Shown piece by piece: positions 1 to 12,616 of a stretch of DNA of 64,000 nt. Positions within the stretch are counted from its first letter, which is position 1; each line of letters opens with the position of its first letter. A program made the position numbers and the translations under genes. The stretch lies in the NCBI GenBank assembly GCA_027923505.1, contig BROI01000020.1:186001-250000 (forward strand). The letters are read 5' to 3'. The notes under the pieces are model-generated. The model did no database searches. It had not been told where the DNA came from and saw only the letters and a list, made by a program, of their open reading frames with translations. The DNA comes from Mayamaea pseudoterrestris (Eukaryota).

Positions 1-460
1 GCTTGGATGCCATGGAGGGGTTTCACCATACCCATGAACATATGGGACAAGGTTTTGGCCATGCAGGTGCTCATTGGATGCTCCACTGGTGCACCAGTGG
101 TGCCTTCTAGGCAGACGACCACCCTTCACCTGGCGCTCAGAAGGTTGTTCCTTCTCGCCGTCACTGAGCTACTTGGATGTCATAAAGGGGTTCTGCCACT
201 TCATATGAACATATGGGACAAAGGTTTGGCCATGCAGGAACTCATTGAATGCTCCACTGGTGCACCAGTGGCACCATTGCAGATGGCTCAAAAAGTTCTT
301 CCTTCTCGCCGTCACTGAGCTACTTGGAGGCCATGGAGGGGTTTTGCCACGCCATATTGAAAATATGGGACAAAGTGTGGCCATGCAGTGCTAATTGGAT
401 GCTCTGCTGGTGCACCAGTGGCACCTTCTAGGCAGGTGACCCTTCCTGCAGCGCTCAGAA
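1..460. repeat. Degenerate tandem array (~2.7 copies) of a ~168-171 bp unit
   Basis: The anchor 'ggccatgcagg/tg' recurs at ~57, ~228 and ~379. The unit reads '...gagctacttggatgccatggaggggtttcacc...aacatatgggacaagg.tttggccatgcaggtgctcattggatgctcc...ggtgcaccagtgg..ccttctaggcag...'. Confidence 0.9.
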
Positions 461-499
461 TGTTTGTTCGTTCGAAACTGGCCTCCAGAGGGCAGGGGT

Positions 500-1120
500 T
501 TCAGGCCAATGACAGGTGCTCTTGTATCCTCCACTGGTGCTCCCATCACCTTCTGGGAAGAGCCTGACACCCGTCCTGGCGATCAGTAAGGTTGCTATCC
601 GCCCCTGCTCTCGCAGTATCCTGGCTGCGTTGGACGCCATGGGGTTTTGCCGCGTGAACATTGGCGACAACATCCATGCAGGTGCTAATGGTTACCCTCT
701 TGGTCCACCGCGCGCGTGCAACCTGGTGATGGAATTCTTGCAACATCTGCAACATATGGGAACTCATGTTCAACGATTCGCTGCCATACAAGAGTACTGA
801 TTGAACCACGGATTGGTAAAACATTCCAGACACTGGGGGGCTGGCTCCTTCGCATGTTAGCACGCGGGAGATCATGGCCCAGCGCTGTCGCGCGCCTTCT
901 GTACATTTTTGTTAAAGGCCGGCAAATCATTACCGTAACACGACAATGGGCAGCCTAAATTCACAAATGTGGGAACCGAGGCAAGGGGGATGCCATTGGC
1001 TGTGAAGACAACTTCACTGGTGACCATCACGGAGCGCTTCACGTGTCACAAACATATCGCACAACTCGTACCGCGGAAGCAGTGCGGTCCCTTCATCCAG
1101 GATCAAAATTGGTCTCGGCA
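500..1120 (-). mobile_element. Degraded non-LTR (LINE-type) retrotransposon fragment, RT C-terminal/thumb region
   Basis: Minus-strand peptides 'LPRYELCDMFVTREAL' and 'WAMISRVLTCEGASPPVSGMFYQSVVQSVLLYGSESLNMSSHMLQMLQEFHHQVAR' match the 'FYKAVVQAVLLYGSETW...LEGFHHR' pattern of LINE RT C-termini. The fragment is interrupted by stops and frameshifts. Confidence 0.75.
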
Positions 1121-1169
1121 CGTAAAATGTTTCTAGTGGTAGCTCTCCCGGCGCATCCGGCAATTGGGC

Positions 1170-1810
1170 AGTGTCACTGAGCCACTTGGATGCCATGGAA
1201 AGATTTCAACACGCCAAATAAACATACAGGACAAGGGTTTGGCCATGCAGGTGCTCATTGGATGATCCATTGGTGCACCAGTGACGCCTTCTAGGCAGAT
1301 GGCCCTTCAAGAGGCGCTCAGAAGGTTTTTCCTTCTCACTGTCACTGAGCTACTTGGATGCCATGGAGGGGTTTCACCACAGCAAATAAACATACAGGAC
1401 TAGGGTTTGGCCATGCAGGTGCTCATTGGATGCTCCATTTGTGCACCAGTGACGCCTTCTAGGCAGATGGCCCTTCAACTGGCGCTCAGAAGGATTTTCC
1501 TTCTCGCCGTCACTGAGCTACTTGGATGCCATGGAGGGGTTTCACCACACCAAATGAACATATGGGACAAGGGTTTGGCCATGCAGGTGCTCATAGGATG
1601 CTCCATTGGTGCAACAGTGGCACCTTCTAGGCAGATGGCCCTTCAAGTGGCGCTCAGAAGGTTTTTTTTTTCTCGCTGTCACATACCGGTATGAAAACAA
1701 AGGTTTGGCCATGCTGGTGCTCATAGAATGGTGCACAGATGCTCCTTTGGCACCTTCTAGGCAGATTGCCCTTCAACTGGCGCTCAGAAGGTGATTCCTT
1801 TTTGTCGTCC
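1170..1810. repeat. Second tandem array (~3.7 copies) of the same 168-bp unit
   Basis: The anchor 'ggccatgc' occurs at ~1241, 1409, 1577 and 1707 (spacings 168, 168, 130). Confidence 0.9.
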
Positions 1811-2699
1811 CTCACTTAAGGCGTCTTTAAACCTTATGACCAGCTAAGGTATACAAAGTCATGAGATATCAGTAGTGCCAGTGTGGTCACATCATGCCGC
1901 CCTTTAATCCGCACAAAACTCTGGAGCTCCATTGGAAGGCAACCAAGAAACATATTGGGCATTATTAAAGATGTCAGTATGCCCTGCGTCCAGCCAAGGT
2001 GCTCAACGTCATAAATGGTCAGAGGTGCCTGTGTAGTTACATCAAAATCCTTTGACAACAACTAGCCGTGTGGTTACTGGCCATTGAACGACCATAAGCA
2101 ATGCTTAAAAAATAATTAGTAATAAAATTATATTGATTTATTAATCAAATGCATGAAGCAAATATATCAACTAAAAATTAGAGAAAAAAATTAGGAATCA
2201 CTCAACCCAAAAAAAACGCTATTTTTTCGCAGAGCGTCCATGCTGTCAAAATAACTGTATAATTGGGCGTCTAGATCAGCTCTTCTGCACTGACATAACA
2301 TCATACTAGGGTTAAACAATTTCATTGTTTTTGGATCAAATGTGCAGCGCTACATGTGTTTAAACGGTCTAGGAATTGACGTTACGCTATTTTAACTTGT
2401 CAAGAATTGTTTCAGAAAGGCAAGGTAGCAATGGCGTTAATCAAATGGCGCGAGCGTACCGCCATTTATATGATCACACGATTAAGTCGTCGTTCATTCC
2501 GCGTACGATGAAGCACGGTAATTAAATATCTAGTCGCATTTAGTCGAGACTGACAAGTAGTGGTCTGGAGCGCAGCCATGAGTAAATCACAGTTGGTCAA
2601 TGCCATGGTTAATCGGATAATGCTGCTATGTTCCGCATGAGCTTTCCAAACAACGTGGCCACTGTTAACTGCTCGATGATTGGGTGTGAAGGGAGAGCT

Positions 2700-4280
2700 C
2701 TTACTTGTTACCGACATGTCAGAGACCAATCCTATCTTGGTGCGAGTTGTGCGATATGTTTGTGACAGGTAAAGCGCTCCGTAACGAGCGGCCTGTTGCC
2801 TCGAAGGGGCTAATCTCAGACTGCAGCGGCACGATCAGGAGGATGCGCGTTTGGTTTGTGAAATGGTCTTTACAGCCAACGACACCACCCTAGCCTCGAT
2901 TACCCCATTTGTGAAGCTAGGCCGCCCATTGTCGTGTTTCGATTATAATTGGAAGGCCATTTACAAGGCTGGGCAGCAATTTCCTACGTGCTAAAACGCT
3001 ATGGACCCAGCCTCCGACTGTCCGGAATGTACTACCAGAGTCCACTGCCCGGTGGACGGATGTGCTGGGACAGATACGAGGCGATACACTCTCCGCAGCC
3101 ATGTTATGTACAAACATGTCACTGACAGGATTGTATCCTGAAGGAGGCTCCACTGCGCTACCACATTGTGAGCTTTGCGACATGTTTGTGCCTATTCCGT
3201 TCTGAACACTGGCCACCAAACCACAGCATGCTGTCGGGAGGGTGCTGTCCCTAAACAGTAGCGGCACGTAGCCGAGGATGCCCGTCGCGCACGTTAAGTC
3301 ATCTCCTTTACCCGCGGTGCTCCTCTTGATTCGGTTCCGACATTTGTGTACTTGGGCCGCCCATTGAACTGTTTCAACAGTGACTGGCCGGCAGTGCACA
3401 AATGTCATAAAGGCGCGCAAGCGCTGGGCCATGATTTCCCGCCTTCTCACACGGGAGGGAGCCCGCCCCCTTATTTGGGAATTTTCTTCAATGCCCGTGG
3501 TCCAATCCGATCTGTTATACAGTAGTGAATCGGGAAACCTCAGTTCCTCCATGCTCAGGACATTAGAAGGCTTCCATGCGAGTTGTGCAATATGTTTGTG
3601 ACAGGTAAAGCGCTCCGCCGTAATGGTCACCAACGAACGGCATGTTGCCTCGAAGGGGCTGATCGCAAAAGCAGAGGCACAATCAGGAGGATGCGCGTTT
3701 GGCTTGTGAAGTAATCTTCACAGCCAACGGAACCCCCCATGCCTCGGTTACCACATTTGTGTAGCTAGGCCGCCCATTGTTGTGTTACGATTATGATCGT
3801 CTGGCCATTTACAAAAAAGTATAGAAGGCGAGACAGCGCTGGGCAATGATTTCCCATGTGCTAACACGCGATTGAGCCAGCCTTCGAGTGTCCTTTTTTC
3901 TACCAGGCAGTAGGTTAATCAGTACTCTTGCACGTCAGCGAATCGTGAAACATGAGCTTTCCTATGTTGAAGATGTTGCAAGCTTCCATCATTGAATTGG
4001 ACGTCGGCTTTTGGGCCCCACTCCCCACAGGGAGGACCGATGGGAAAACCCACCGATTTCAGAGGCATAGGGGGTTGCCAATTGTTGCCATTTGGGGAGA
4101 TTCTCCAACGTCGTCGCAACGCAGCCGCCGAATACATCGCTACGCGGCTCTTTGAATTTTGCACAACCGCAGGGCGGATGTCTGGCTCTTCCTGCGCACA
4201 GCGGTGGTGAGAGCTTTGTATTAGCCATTTGAGGAGATTCTCCAACGTCGTCGCAACGCAGTCGCCGAATACATTGCAAT
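2700..4280 (+). mobile_element. Cluster of 3-4 partial, rearranged copies of the same LINE-type RT C-terminal segment
   Basis: The 'CELCDMFV' motif occurs at ~2740, ~3165 and (variant) ~3580. 'KARKRWAMISRLLTREGARP...VVQSDLLYSSES...LRTLEGFH' lies at 3410-3580 and a further copy at 3820-4210. These copies are inverted relative to 800-1090. A 54-bp direct repeat lies at 4087-4140 and 4224-4277. Confidence 0.75.
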
Positions 4281-4449
4281 CTCGTCATCCAAAGCATTGC
4301 GGTAGTGGATGAAGGGTAGCGTGTTGTTGCCTTTGATGTCATTGTAACCTTGTCTGCACCTACTTGCTGCGACAATGACTGGGTTGTGAAACAAGTTGTT
4401 GTATTATTAGTGAGAGTAGAACTTGCATCAATGGCACACGAATACTGCA

Positions 4450-4625
4450 TGCTGTCATTATTGGTCCCACACTTTCAATGGTGGCATTGCACTTTTTAAA
4501 GGCGGATACAATGACATAATCATGCAACTGATGGGTCGCTGCCGTTCTGACGCAATGTTCCGCTACCGCACGGCAGTGCTGCACAAGGTTATGCCTAAGT
4601 TGCTCTCTGGCGGGACCTTCCTTTG
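4450..4625 (+). pseudogene. Remnant of a tyrosine recombinase C-terminus (DIRS/Ngaro-like YR retroelement)
   Basis: 'SHTFNGGIALFKGGYNDIIMQLMGRCRSDAMFRY...LLSGGTF' resembles the 'HSLRAGGAMAL....D.IRL.GRWRSDAM.RY' box II of DIRS-type YRs. The catalytic Arg is absent and Trp is replaced by Cys. Confidence 0.6.
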
Positions 4626-4878
4626 GTTTCTAGGCACATTTGTCCCGCAGCAGCCAATCTACAAAGTCCCTCCCCGCATTGCTCACTTGTTTTCGACCGT
4701 CTCTGTGGATGTCCCTTGCTCAACAAGATGGAATTTGAGCGGAAAGGAGGTGCACGCTGGGGCGGCGAGTATGCAGAGTAATTAACATGCCTTACTCTCC
4801 ACCCAACTGTGTGTCGCTTGTCACATACAGTCAAATACAGATTAGGAATATACACATTTCTTATGTCTACATGTATGT

Positions 4879-5735
4879 CTACCAGGGAAGGGGCAATGGA
4901 ACTGATCCAGGGTATGCTTCTGCGGCAACCCAAGCGCAGATTGCAAACATGGCCGCGCGGCCGTTCCTGTGAAAGAAAGTTGAGCGCAAGTGTGTTTCCT
5001 GTGAGAAAACTAAACATAGAAACAATCATGAAATCTTGTATGAACTTACTGAATCTCCACGAGACGGCGTCGGTCAGTAATCTTAATTTGCAGTGGGTTC
5101 CATCCCAAGTCTCCCGTCAAGCCACCAGGTTGAAGACCAGGCGCAACTGATTCGCCATTCTTTAGCTCGCCATCTCGATGCGTGAGCTCATAGATTTCAA
5201 TCGCCGCAATGACTCCAAAAACTTGGGTCCATCCTTCAGCTGGGACAGCCTTGGCCGCATCCAGAGGGCTCATGGCTGCCAAATCGGCAAACTTGATTCC
5301 CTTGGTGACACTGAGATACTCGTGTGGCGAAATATTGTTGAGGGTAAGTCCCAACTTGTGGAATGCGAAGCCAACAGTGGCAATCATGGCGCTGCGTCCG
5401 TCTACAAGGCAGACGATGAAAGTGGAGGGTGAGGCATGAATGAACGAGTAATATCTACAAGTGACTGTTGATCACTCACGTTTCAGTTCTGCGGCTTGCA
5501 AATATTGTCCAGTTTCCGCCGATCCATACTCCATTGTGAGCTTGTCCCAGTAGTTTTCTCCGAAAAAGACGCGATTATCACCAAGAAGTGGCGTCGCGCC
5601 AAAGCAAGGCACCTTCTCCTTGGAGGCAACATTGTCGCTCATCTTTAGAGCTGGCGATGAGCGCACATCCGACTGCGGTGCAAAGGCACTAGCAGATGCA
5701 GCGAGAACGAATAGGAGAGCCAGCGACTTCATCAT
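4879..5735 (-). CDS. Light-harvesting complex (fucoxanthin-chlorophyll a/c binding) protein, 3 exons (introns 5402-5479, 4967-5049)
   Basis: Signal peptide plus ASAFAP. Splicing restores the chlorophyll-binding helices 'AAELKHGRSAMIA' and 'VEIQNGRAAMFA'. The GTGAGT/GTAAGT donors and AG acceptors are in phase, and the TAG stop is at 4879-4881. Confidence 0.93.
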
Positions 5736-5972
5736 GGTGGAGTACTACTTGGTTGGAATATGCGACAGCGTGGGGAAGCACACGTTTTGCATTCTGCGGC
5801 GCGTGAAGGATCACTTCAACCGGCACTCGATACCGAAAACTCAAACTCTAACTCACCTGCAAAGGCTTTGGCGTTGCAGCCAACCCAACACACAACGGCT
5901 ATCTTGCGGCTGTGTGCGGCGGTCCTACAATTCGTCTGTTTCGCTTTCACCTTGCGCAATTACAATAGAAAC

Positions 5973-6715
5973 ATGACTGACACTCCCTCTTGGTTGTCGA
6001 CGGATGAGGCCGTCCAGGACGTTACCATGAATGACGCGCCAACGACTGGTATCGTGGGAACGCAGTCGGCGACGGCGGCAGCGGCCCCCAGTCCGTCTCG
6101 ATCCGCTCCCATGGAGGTGACCGGAGCGGAAACGATAGAGGCTGCTGACGCAGAACTTCCGCGCATGATTCTATTCATGCGCTTGGCAAATTTGTGTGCA
6201 GCTGGTGGAATGATAGCCTGCTCGGTGAGTTTAGACTTGAAAATCTGGATTGCAGCTTGCAATTTAATCTTGTCAACGTGTAGTAATACTCACAATATTA
6301 CACTATTTGTCAGATTCTCATGATGATTGGCCTACCCGCCGTTTCTGGATTTGTCTTGGCCATTTATGCGACTTGCGGCGCTCTGCTCATTTGCTGCCTT
6401 GAGACGCAGCTCAAGTTCCTTCGCGTCATGATTGCAGTCAATTTCGGCTTTCTCTTTCACTCGGTGTGGAGATTCCTCTTTTATTTGCTTCTTGGATCGG
6501 TTGCTTGGAGCTATGACACGTTGTTTGGCAAGATTGTAGCTGGTTGCTTTATCGGGTGTGCCTGCTTCAACACGTTTATTCTCTGCCGTTACCCTGGCTA
6601 CCGAAAGATACGCGAAAAGATTGCCGAGGAGGAAGACAAGCGAATTGAAGCGCGAATTAGCAAAGAGGTCAGGCGACAGGCGACCAAGTCGTTTATGGGT
6701 GGAAATAGCACTTAG
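5973..6715 (+). CDS. COPI-associated / TVP15-like Golgi membrane protein, 2 exons (intron 6225-6313)
   Basis: Several hydrophobic helices and 'LLICCLET...NFGFLFHSVWRFLFYLLLG', typical of COPI_assoc proteins. The GTGAGT...CAG intron is in phase. Confidence 0.75.
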
Positions 6716-7188
6716 AGAGGTCGAGTTGCATGCATTGCGTATAAATTGCACCTCATTGTAGGGGCTGCCGATTGGCTCAATAGGATACCTATAAATATAA
6801 ATATGGTTTCGTATGTTTCAGCGCTATAAGCACGAATGTTTGTGGTTGTATATAGCGATTTTGGGAGGGACTTCACGAGTATTTCTGTGATTATCCGGGC
6901 GACAGCAACTTTGTACAATACTTGCTGCTCCGAATCACCCTTCCACGTTGAATTTCAGCTTTTGTGTTCACAGTTTGGTTGTCTTTTAAGGTTGTCCTAT
7001 ATGTACGCTCCGGTAAGGAAGGAGAATGGGGAACTACGGCTAGCTAGCTGTATATCGCTGCGACAGCGTACGACATCTTCTCACAGCCGCAGCCGTGCGT
7101 TTTTCTTGATGGATAACTTCAATCCACAATCCAATCTCGACAACCCTTTCTTCTCCTGTACTATTTCGTCTTTGATAATATAACCAGG

Positions 7189-8637
7189 ATGATGTGGTTG
7201 CCTCTAGCAGTAGTGCTGCTGCTCTTGTCCGCTGACTCGTCGGCGTTTCAGTCGCTGCTTGTCCAAAGGCGATGTGCCGTGACGTCCCTTTATGCCTCCC
7301 GACAACACGACGAGTTCGACTACCTTTTGAGGGAATCAGCCAGTGCAACTCGACCTAGTTACAACAATCGTCGCCAAGTCGGGATTAGCATGGGCGACTC
7401 TGACAAGACGCTCTTGGTTAGTTCATTTGCGGCGTCACCGAGTTCGACGTCAGAGGAGGAAATGATTGACCTCGACGACGATCAGTTACTCGATGAAAAT
7501 CAGCAAGAGGAAGAAATGTTTACTGGATCGAGCAAGGTTATGCAGTACCAAGAGAAACGAGCTTTTTCTGGAATTGATGCTAAACTAAAAAGCATGGGCT
7601 TTCAAGACGTCGTTATCACTCTGGTGGTCCCATCAATTCTTCTCTTTGCTGGTGGACGATGGACCTACAATCGCTTGTCAGCAAAGGTTCAAACAAAGAT
7701 TGACGTCAGTTTGGACTCGTTTGCGGAAGAAATGCTTTACCATGATGGTGATTTTCAAGAGATGAAAATGTGCGTCAAAGATTATGGAAAGAAACTCGTA
7801 TATTTAGGTCCTCTCAAACGCGACAAGATGGTGAAGCGATATTTGGACGCGTACGCTAAGCGGAAAACCATCAGTCCGCAAGCAATCAGCTCTCTTAGCT
7901 ATGCTTTTACATTGTTTAACTTGGACGAAGAGTCGGCCGCCAACTTGATGGTGGCTCTGTGCAAGGAGATGGGCGAAAATCGGGCTGCTTCCGCTGGTAA
8001 GCTCTTGTTTCTCGGTAATCGCATTCTGAAGTCCCCACAAGGAAAGAAGGCGCTTCTGCCAATAAGGGAGATGATAAAGAGCACCTATCGCCAGTCTTCA
8101 TCAGCTGATACGTTGATGGATGTTTCTCAGCAGTAAGTCAACATTATTCAAGTAGCTTTGCGCCTCGTTCACTTATTGATCTCTCTCACGCTGTTTCTTC
8201 TCGAAAGAGCCATGGCGGAAGCTGCTTATAAGACGACGGTGACAGCTGCTGGAAAGAATCAATCAAGTCTTACCCCTGGTTGGGAGGTGTTGGGGCTGCA
8301 AAAGGAAGTCGCTCAGCGCATCTGGGATGAGGCAGCCAAGGAAGGTTTCGTAACCGAGCGCGAAGCTTTGTATTCTGGTCAGCGAACAAAGTATGATAAG
8401 AACGGAAACATAATCACTGACGAAGGAAAACTTGTGGATCCAGAAAACGCAAACTCTAGCAAGGACGCAAACGATGAGCCTGTTAGTGGCGTTTTCGAGT
8501 GTGGAAAATGTGGTTTCACATTATTTGTAGCGACGGGACGCGAGTCCAAGTTTTATGGATCAAGCTTCAAATGCCCCGAATGTGGAGCTCCCAAATCAGA
8601 GTTCAGTGCCCGTGATGATTTTGGTGAAGAGGAATAG
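7189..8637 (+). CDS. Plastid-targeted membrane protein with C-terminal rubredoxin-like Cys4 domain, 2 exons (intron 8133-8207)
   Basis: Signal peptide ending 'SSA-FQ', one TM helix, and C-terminal 'FECGKCGFTLF...FKCPECGAPKSEF'. The GTAAGT...AAG intron is in phase. Confidence 0.75.
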
Positions 8638-8707
8638 AGTGGTAGAATTTAGTAACAGTAAATTTACAATGCTATCATTGCTTGCCAAGTAGTGAAGTAC
8701 ACTTAAA

Positions 8708-11700
8708 CTAGGTGCCAATCCATCCAATCTTGTGCTGAGTCATGGCCAGCGACCGGAAGCGTTCAGCGCGAGCCGCGGGGTCGATTTCTGGTGTGTGATC
8801 TCCTTCATCAGAACCTTGCGTGGGCATACGAATATCGACCGGCAGTGGGGGCGCAGAGTAATGCATTCCAAGCTGATTCGAGACCTCCAAACAGTATGAC
8901 TGAAAGTTCGCCTTGCTGTCTTGTAGCTGGATATGTTGCTGCCAAGACTCCCTGTGCATGACGTGCATAACATACTCAACGTAACCAAGCTCTGGACTAA
9001 GCTTTGACGCCCTGAAGCCTGTCATCATTATCCATTCCCGAGGACGCGCACGTAAATATTCTTCAACGGCACTTTTGAAGACAAGAATTCGCTCATAACT
9101 CGTGTTAATTGGAAAACGAAAAGGGATTAGGAATTGAGCTTGGGGTGATCGTGCGCCGTTGATAATTCGACTCTGCGCGAGGGAACCATTGGCAAGGCTG
9201 CATCGTTCACGAGTTGGTGTCCACACGGCTGTTGTCTCGAATAGCGTGATATTTTCTACAACCCACCCAAGACTTCCGTTTATATCAGTCTCTTGTTCAA
9301 TGTTGCTGATGTGTATTCGATCTCCTATGTTGTACGGCCTCCGCACAAGGATGAAGAGGACCTGCAACGTGCCAACAGGTTAGACACGTAGGTAAATCGC
9401 CATCCAGCGCACACAGGCACTTACTCCATCAAAGTAACTTGCTGAAGCCTTTCCGATCATAAAAGCAAATCCAAGCACAATGGAAGAAAGTGACAGAAAG
9501 ATTGCAAGCGGATCAAAGCCCCAAACAGTTGTAACCACAACAATCACCAAGATGTAGTACGCAAAGTTGAAGATGTTTTCAGATGCGCGATCGATACCAT
9601 TGGTATTTGCGATAGATGCCAGCAGCAATCGATACTTTTTGTAGACGCTATCAATCGACTTCAAGAACTCAATCAACTCCAGCTTGCCGTCTCTATCTGG
9701 GCGAAAGAGCTAGATGTACAAATTTAAAGTCAATAAGCAAAAGAACGCAGTGATGTAGTAGGCATGCGGAAACGTACCTTAATAAGCTGTCGCGCCTTGA
9801 ATGGGTCCACACGTCCCTTTGAGTCAAGCGCAAGGATTGCAAAAGTTTCGAAATGCAGATAGGAACCCTTCCTATGCAGGAGTAATCTTTCGTAAACCAA
9901 CTGCGCCGATTGCACACATTGCTCACGAGACGCAGCGGACCCAAATCGATAAGAGAACGGAAATTCATCTTTCTGCTGAATGAAGAACAACGTTTTGCGA
10001 AACCGAAGTACTGCTGAAATGGATACGTCTTCGTCCTGTTGAATAAGAATCAGGTCAGTTACGTTTTTTGGAGCTCTGGAAAACCTACTCCTCGAAACTT
10101 ACATAGTGGCTCTGCCTGTCGACATCTGGCTCTTCCCATTCGTCAAGAAGCTGTTGCAAATGGTTTGGTCCGGGGCGAGCCCCCACGCCACCCGCTAAAG
10201 GATTCTTTTGGTCCTCGTCAAGAAAAGAAACGGATGCTGAATCGTCGTCAGCGTCGTCAAAATCGGTGAACGACAACCCTCTCAGAGCGTCATCATTCCA
10301 GGCGACCGCATGATCCGAGGCATTCGTAGCTCGCTCAATGTTCTTCGCTAACCCTGCGACCTGACTAATTATAAGCATTTTATCCATAAGTTTAGCCAGC
10401 TGATGGCCGTATTGAGCTGCAGGTATGATTGTACATCGTATGAAAAATCGGGTAAGTAGAGTATTTTGATGGGGTGGCGTCGAATACAAAGCAGCAAGCG
10501 TCTGTTACTTACTAAACAGCTGCTTTCCCTGGTATAAGCCGATTAAAAAACGCTTAACAGAGGTTATAACGCTGATACCAATGGCTGTGCCGAGGACAAC
10601 TTGGTTCCAATGACTTTCAACGATATTGCCCGATGGATTCTGTTCCGAAAAGAGCGTAATCGACTCCTGAAAATAACCCCAGTGATGAGCGAAAGCCCAA
10701 TCTCCTTGCAAAAGAATAAAATCGTAGACCGCCCAGAACAATAGAACACAAGGCCATCCCTTGCTTTGTACAATGAGCAGCGAGAGAACTGGGCCAAATA
10801 TACGAAGCAGGACTTTAGTTTCGAGTCCAAGGAAATCTATTAGAATGCTTTGAGTTCCCAGAGCCAACAAAAATGTAATCATCTGCCTCACGCACATGAA
10901 CAAAAGCCACCAAGATGCCGACGCATAATCGCTTTCATTCGCCCCTCGACCACTGGGTGGATTTCCTCCAGCGTAAAATAATATTGCGCTCACAGCCGAA
11001 GCAGGTATAATGACATAGCAAAAGGCAATCTTCAAGTATCTCCAAGCGTGGACCCTCTGACGTCGACTGTATTTGCTCCATAACGCTAAACCATCCCTGA
11101 GTGTGCCTCGCAAACGTGCGAAGACTCCAGTTTGCCGTTGCCTTAAATAGCGGCGCTTCTGCGCTGTAATTTCAACAATATTTTCGTCGTATCCGTCAAT
11201 TTCCATCGTCTTCCGCGTATCATTGGCAATACTTTGACCACTCTCTTGAGACAGCTGCGAGGCACGGTCTTCCTCTAAAACGGAAAGATTGTTATCAATC
11301 GTTCCCCATCTGCGATGCCCTTTCCCTCCATTGCCATTCATAGCATCCAGTTCCGATGGTTGTTCTGCGTCTGAACCATCCATGATGCTAACGGCGTTGT
11401 TGGCAAACTGGTCGGCGGATCCAACGCGACGATGGCCTCGCCCTGCTGATGCTGCATCATCCTTTCGCACCGGCTCTGTCCTTTCCGATGCACCATCGGC
11501 ACGTTCACCATGCCCATCCAATGCCTGTAAAGCAGAAGTTAATCCCAGTAATTGATCTTGCACGCTGACTTGACGCTTCTGCAGTCGAGTAGGTTTCTTT
11601 GCCGCCAGCAGCGGATTGCGTTCCCGCTGCTGTTGTGATTGACTGGCAAAACTTGATTGGCGACTGAAACTGACCGCCGGGCTAGGAAGATTTTCAAAAA

Positions 11701-12616
11701 CCATCTTACCATCGTCTACAATATCCTCTTCTACTAAAGCCTGGTCATTGATAGCTATATCATCCTGTTGCGGATGCTGCGTATCCTCAAACCCGTGCGC
11801 CGCTTGATCGGCCGTGGACCACAAGCTCGAGTCAAGTGTACCCGTCCGAGGTCGAGAATGTTTTTCGATTGCCTTTAAAATATACGTTTCTGCCTCTGTT
11901 TCGTATGGGCTTGACTGTAAAATGTCTCCCAAGGCAACTGTCCTTCCTCGAGATAAATGGTGTGGTTGCAAAGGGTATCGATTCGGATTACTACTAGAAT
12001 TTTCACCTGCACTAGCAAACGACGACTGCTGCATGCCTGCTCCCCATGATATTAGTCGTTCATGTCTCGTTGTTGGTGCGGCTTTACTCTGGTCCAATGG
12101 AGATGCACGTTGTAATGGAGGCAAAGATTTTGAGTTTGGTGGAGCTGATTGAACTGTCGGCGGCAGTACGCTAGTCGATTCAGCAGGCGAAGGTGCATTC
12201 GTCGGTTCTTCCTGGTTGATTGGCTGACCAAGGGCAGGTTGATTTCTTACTCGAGCTGGGAGTGCGGGCGGAGGAGCAAACAAATCTCCCAAATTATTCC
12301 GCGTTCCAGACGGCGGCTTTGTCTTGTTCTCCGCGCGCTGCGTATTGTCGTTTTCTGCCCTATAATCGTCGGTTGCCAGTTTATACTGAGGATTGGGAGC
12401 ATTTGCTCTCAAAGATTGTAATAACGGATCGTTCAAAATGGTTTGGTCCGCTCCATGATCCTCCACCCTTTGTTCGCCGTTGGCGTTCATGTTGAGCCAC
12501 CGCGCAGCAATGGTAGAGTCAAAAATGGTATCATTCTTGGTCGACTCTCCTTGGCCATTAATCGAATCCTCTGGTGGCTCTTGGCTGCTAGGCTTGTCAT
12601 GATTGTTGCTGCTCAT
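8708..12616 (-). CDS. Mechanosensitive ion channel, MscS-like (MSL) family, multi-exon
   Basis: Long disordered N-terminus, several TM helices and the MscS core 'LGFAFMIG..SASYFDG..FILVRRPYNIGDRIHI...VVENITLFETT'. ORF pieces 10505-12643, 10085-10489, 9730-9990, 9380-9676 and 8708-9367 are separated by GT-AG introns; not every junction was resolved. Confidence 0.88.

Noticed and set aside
1..1810. CRISPR-like array or repeat-encoded proteins (ORFs 7-318, 1407-1694)
   Set aside because: The units are contiguous 168-bp degenerate repeats with no unique spacers, no cas genes are present and the context is eukaryotic. The ORFs are by-products of a unit length divisible by 3.
1810..2700. Possible DNA-transposon terminus (AT-rich stretch, TTAA sites, short ORFs)
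   Set aside because: No terminal inverted repeat pair or transposase motif could be identified.
2917..3633. 238-aa minus-strand ORF
   Set aside because: It is antisense to the LINE fragments, whose recognisable motifs are on the plus strand.
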